Assembly: GCA_013239625.1 (NCBI GenBank)
Contig: MU054323.1
Location: forward strand, 3,336,161 to 3,400,160
DNA length: 64,000 nucleotides
Reading direction: 5' to 3'
DNA from: Lama guanicoe
Lineage: Eukaryota
Shown here: positions 60,501 to 64,000 of the stretch, one piece after another
Layout of the letters: the number at the start of each line of letters is the position of its first letter
Numbering within the stretch: the stretch's first letter is position 1
Position numbers and translations under genes: made by a program
Notes under the pieces: model-generated
What the model was told of the DNA's origin: nothing
The model's input: the letters and a program-made list of their open reading frames with translations, nothing else
The model's database searches: none

Positions 60501-62980
60501 TCTGCAACCAGCGGACATCTCCTATTTCAACAAATCCCGCTGCCTTATTTCTTTTAGGAAGAATGCAGAAGAGGGCTCTGGGAAGGTACTTTATGCCCCT
60601 ACTGCTAACCAAATACGGACATCCACTGTAAAAGGGAGAAGATAGAGCTGGGAAAGAGAAAACAAACTAAACTTTATAAAAGAAGACTTAAGCTCTGAGC
60701 CAAAGTCTGACCCCAAAGTTTAGTGTTTTCAGGCTCAGCTCAACCACCTCCTCCAGGAAGCCTCCCACCACTGCAGCTCTATTGAGCCTCCCCTGCCCCA
60801 GACTTGAAACTCAGCTGTCTCTCAGCCCTGTATCTCCATAATGGATCAAAGTTTCTAGGCCGGGGGGTGGGGGAGGGGGTGACAAATGCAGCATCTGCTC
60901 CTTCCCAGCACAGAAAAAGTCTGGGAAACATGGTCCCATCTGCCTCTCCACGTTAAGGGTGCTCTGGGATCCCAGCTCAGAGGACTGCCAGCCTACGTAG
61001 GGCAGGCAAAAGAACACCACTCCTCGCGACTCTGGCTAGAAAAAGGTGGAGTACTGGTGAGGCCCCATTTTGAGCCTAGAGAGAGTAGGGCAGCCAGTTA
61101 ATGCCAGGTGGGCCAGGGAGGTAAGCCAAACTCCTCCACCTCCTTCTCCAGAGTATTAATTATTGATTCAAGGGGCAGTATGAATCCCACTGAAGCCACG
61201 ACCTTCAAGAGTGAAGGAGAAGCCAGATGCCAACTTCTGGGACCTGAAAGCCAGAAGTGCTCTGGAGACCCAGCTCAGAAATCCTGTCTGTCCCCATGGC
61301 TTAGGGGAGCAATGGGCACCACATATGCACACACTCCCAACTCATCAGCATTCAAGAGCAGGAGGGACTCTTTCCTGGACTCCAAAATTCTTCCAAGCAC
61401 AACAGTCACCTGGGAAGCATGGAGTGCACTTTACAGATCAGCCTGGAAAGCACCTCGCCTGAGCCAGACCCTGTGAAATACCGCAAGGCTCTCAATGACT
61501 GGGAGCTACTATTATTACGAAAGGACCCGCTTGGAGGGTTGGCGTTGCTGAGAGATAATACATTGTAAGTGTTGGACCGGGATACCCACCCCCGGCAGAC
61601 GTTCCTTCCCCTCCCACGTGCCTCCTTTTGCCAGAGCTAGGGAAGTCCAGCTGTCCAGATGTTGTGGCGAGAGACCGCCACTTCCGGAAGGGGAAGAGCC
61701 CCTCGGTCCGCATCTCCCCTTTCCATCCCTGGGGATGGCCGACCCGCCCGCAGGGAGGACCCCGGTACTCTAGCACTGGGCGTAGGGGCTGGACGGTGGA
61801 CGTGGGCACCCAGCGGCCAGCGCTGACACCTGGCGGCAGCCCAGGCCCCAGCCCACGTCAGGGCCGGCGCTGCGGGGCGGTTCCCAGGAAAGGGTTACAG
61901 GGGCCGAGAACAAAGCGCCCCCTTTGGGGAAGGCGGGCCAGCGGACGGCGGCTGGGGCGGGAGATCACTTTCTGGGGACCCTCGGGATGCTCTTTGTCGG
62001 GTAGGTCCCTCTTTAGAGGGGACCCACCCCTCGCCAAAGGTAGATGCTGGAGTCCTACCCAAAGGCCTCCCCACAGCCTCGGGCTCCACATTTGTCCCCC
62101 TTTCCCTCCAGCTCCACTGGGCGGGCCAAGTGACCCGCCTTCCCTCCGCGCGGCTCCAGCACAAAGCCAGGTCGGGGGAGGGGAAGAGCCATTCCCGGGT
62201 CTACTCGCGTGGAAGCCGCCTGGGCGCCCGGGCCGTGCCCAGCGCCGGCTCGCGCCTCTCTGCGGGCAGCACAACTTAGCAGCCCAGAAGTTGGGTTACA
62301 GCGGGTCTTTAGCGTTCCAGAGCCAACTTCCCAGAACCTCACGCTACCAGCTCGGCCCGGCTCCTCTAGAGCAGTCAGCGGACAGCCTAGGACCCCACCT
62401 CCACCGGCCCGCCCCGTCCCCTCGCAGTCCTGGCTGGGGCTCCTTGGCGAATACGCCCGCCTGCTCCCGCGCCGACTCCGCTGCGCCCAAACTTGCCTCC
62501 GCCAGAGGGGCCAGGCGCCCCGGCTCGGCTGGTCTGGTTTGAATTAGGGTTCGCGGGCGGGGCGTAGTTGCCGCGATCACAGCATCCACCCGGGTTACCG
62601 GCGGGAACCCGGCCGCCGCGGTGCAGGGGGTGGCTGGATGATAGCCGGTGTCCCCAGGCGCAGCCGCAGGCTGGCGGGCCCCTTCTCGAGTGGAGCCGTT
62701 TTATATAATTGAGCGCGGGGCCCCGGCACAGGCTCCGCTCCGCTGGGCGCCCCAGGCCCCGGCCCGGAGCAGCAAAAGCTGCACGGCGCCCCCCGACGGT
62801 GGAGGCAATTGGGGTGGGAGCCCTGGTTTCCGGGCTCCAGGTCCCTGGGCCCGCTGGGCTAGCGCGGGAAGAAGGGAAGTCCCCGCTTCCCCTCCCCCTC
62901 CACGTGCCGCCGCCGGCATCGGCGGGTCTGCCAGCCCCAGCTTCCCGCCGCCTCCCAGCGCGGTCCCGGGCTACACTCAC

Positions 62981-63046
62981 CGGGAGGGCCGGCTGCAGGC
63001 GCAGCGCCAGCGCGCAAAGACAGAGCCAGAGCGCCGCGTGCCTCAT
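62981..63046 (-). CDS. SDC1: Syndecan-1 coding exon 1 (signal peptide MRHAALWLCLCALALRLQPALP)
   Basis: ATG at 63044-63046 in context ggcagcATGA; 22 codons; donor CCG|GTGAGT at 62975-62980; phase 0. Confidence 0.97.
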
Positions 63047-63280
63047 GCTGCCCGGACCGGTGGTGCAAGAGCGGCGGACTGCGCGGGTCGGGGCTGCGCG
63101 GCGCTGCGCGGACTGAGCGGAGCTCTGGGTCGGCTCCACGGTTTGCGCTCGAGCGATGCCCAGTGCTCGGCTGTCCTAGGCAAGGGCTGTGGGTTCCGCC
63201 GGCTACAGTCCGCTCTCTACTGCTGGATTCCTCCCTGGTCAGCTCGGCTCGCGCCTGCACCTCTCCCGCCGAGCTCCGCC

Positions 63281-63445
63281 TTTTAATAAACCCGCAGGCC
63301 CTTAGCCGTTGCAAAAACTAGCCCCCCACCCCCAGCTCGCCAGGTCTCGGGGCCAGCCCCAGTCCCCACCCCCTAGGACCCCGCCCCCTGAGCCAACCAG
63401 CCCGGCCCCAAGGAACACTCCACCCTCGGAGCCCCAGCCCCGCCC
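63281..63445 (-). promoter_or_regulatory. SDC1: SDC1 core promoter: TATA-like TTTATTAAAA (63281-63290) and GC/GT boxes
   Basis: Isolated AT run ~235 nt upstream of the ATG; GGGCGG boxes at 63381-63386 and 63440-63445; GGGGTGGGG motifs between them. Confidence 0.7.
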
Positions 63446-64000
63446 CTGTCCCACACCACGGTGGCAGAGCCTTGCCTGTCTCCAGAGCCAAGGCCCCCGA
63501 AAGCTGTGGTTCCCGGAGTTTCAGCTTCGCTGCTCCCAGATTCCCAGGTTGTGGGGGCCAGACGCACCCACTTCCCCCCTTGGCCCAGGGTATTGAGGCT
63601 CTGCCCGGCGGAGGGGCGGGAGGGGCAGTAGTTGGTCATTGACTGTCGGCACCAGTCTGCAGCGCCCTCTGGGCGTGGACACGGAGCGGCCTCCAGGTGC
63701 ACTGGACTCCCAGATGCGGGCAGGAAACACTTTCTGAGCCTTTGCAGGGTCCCCTAGGGATGGGGCCTTAAACAGATGGACCCTTCCCTGGCTGCAGATG
63801 GGGTTCTCTGCGCCCTCCCTCTCTCCCCACTTCCCAGCACAGGTTCCTACATGCGCTTGTCTTCTGCCTATGCTGGAAACTCGGGGCCTTACTTTAAACA
63901 GCAGGACATGCTCAGGAAGGGCTGTTAAAAAATTAAAAAGTTTAAAAAGGACCTCTCAGTGTCTTTCTGCAGAAAACAATGCCCTCTCTCTTCATCCTCT

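Larger units (their letters stand above)
40450..63260 (-). other. SDC1: SDC1 transcription unit (approximate TSS to distal poly(A) site), 5 coding exons
   Basis: Spliced exons give a 310-aa type I membrane proteoglycan with signal peptide, SG GAG sites, GGLVG TM, RMKKKDEGSY C1 region and EFYA PDZ-binding end. TSS inferred ~25-30 nt downstream of the TATA-like box; 3' end inferred from AATAAA at 40466-40471. Confidence 0.93.
61540..63720. promoter_or_regulatory. SDC1: CpG island spanning the SDC1 promoter, exon 1 and start of intron 1
   Basis: Very high GC and dense CpG compared with the CpG-depleted remainder of the window. Confidence 0.9.

Noticed and set aside
61628..62542. 304-aa plus-strand ORF and overlapping ORFs in the CpG island
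   Set aside because: Low-complexity P/G/R/A composition expected from stop-poor CpG islands; TTG start; no homology I recognise.
62387..62980. In-frame continuation of exon 1 into intron 1 (ORF 62387..63139)
   Set aside because: The GTGAGT donor is strong, and the open frame is explained by extreme GC content.
63720..64000. FGF-inducible far-upstream Sdc1 enhancer (FiRE)
   Set aside because: Described about 10 kb upstream in mouse; the window ends <1 kb past the promoter, so it cannot be assessed here.

Overview
This is mammalian genomic DNA, almost certainly camelid, judging by three tRNA-Ala-derived vic-1-type SINEs and no ruminant or pig SINEs that I could see. It contains one complete protein-coding gene, SDC1 (syndecan-1), on the minus strand. 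The five coding exons are 62981-63046, 44812-44893, 43474-43952, 42773-42908 and 42432-42601 (66+82+479+136+170 = 933 nt, 310 aa + TGA), and all introns are GT-AG. Intron 1 is about 18 kb, the promoter is a CpG island with a TATA-like box near 63.3 kb, and the 3' UTR has two AATAAA sites (41159-41164 and 40466-40471). The left 40 kb is 3' intergenic DNA: a nested, AT-rich L1 cluster (1-6.2 kb) followed by GC-rich sequence with MIR, L2, MER53, MER58, MLT1 and LTR33-like repeats, microsatellites and several candidate enhancers. Nearly all ORFs in the supplied track are chance ORFs of GC-rich DNA or TE remnants. I see no evidence for a wholly new biological system. The best leads are hypotheses about SDC1: a possible intron-3 polyadenylation site giving a TM-less ectodomain, an in-frame GTG in optimal Kozak context upstream of the signal peptide, lineage substitutions at a GAG site, a TM small residue and sheddase sites, and a clustered TCF/LEF element downstream. 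Repeat subfamily names and human residue comparisons are from memory and need RepeatMasker or alignment confirmation.
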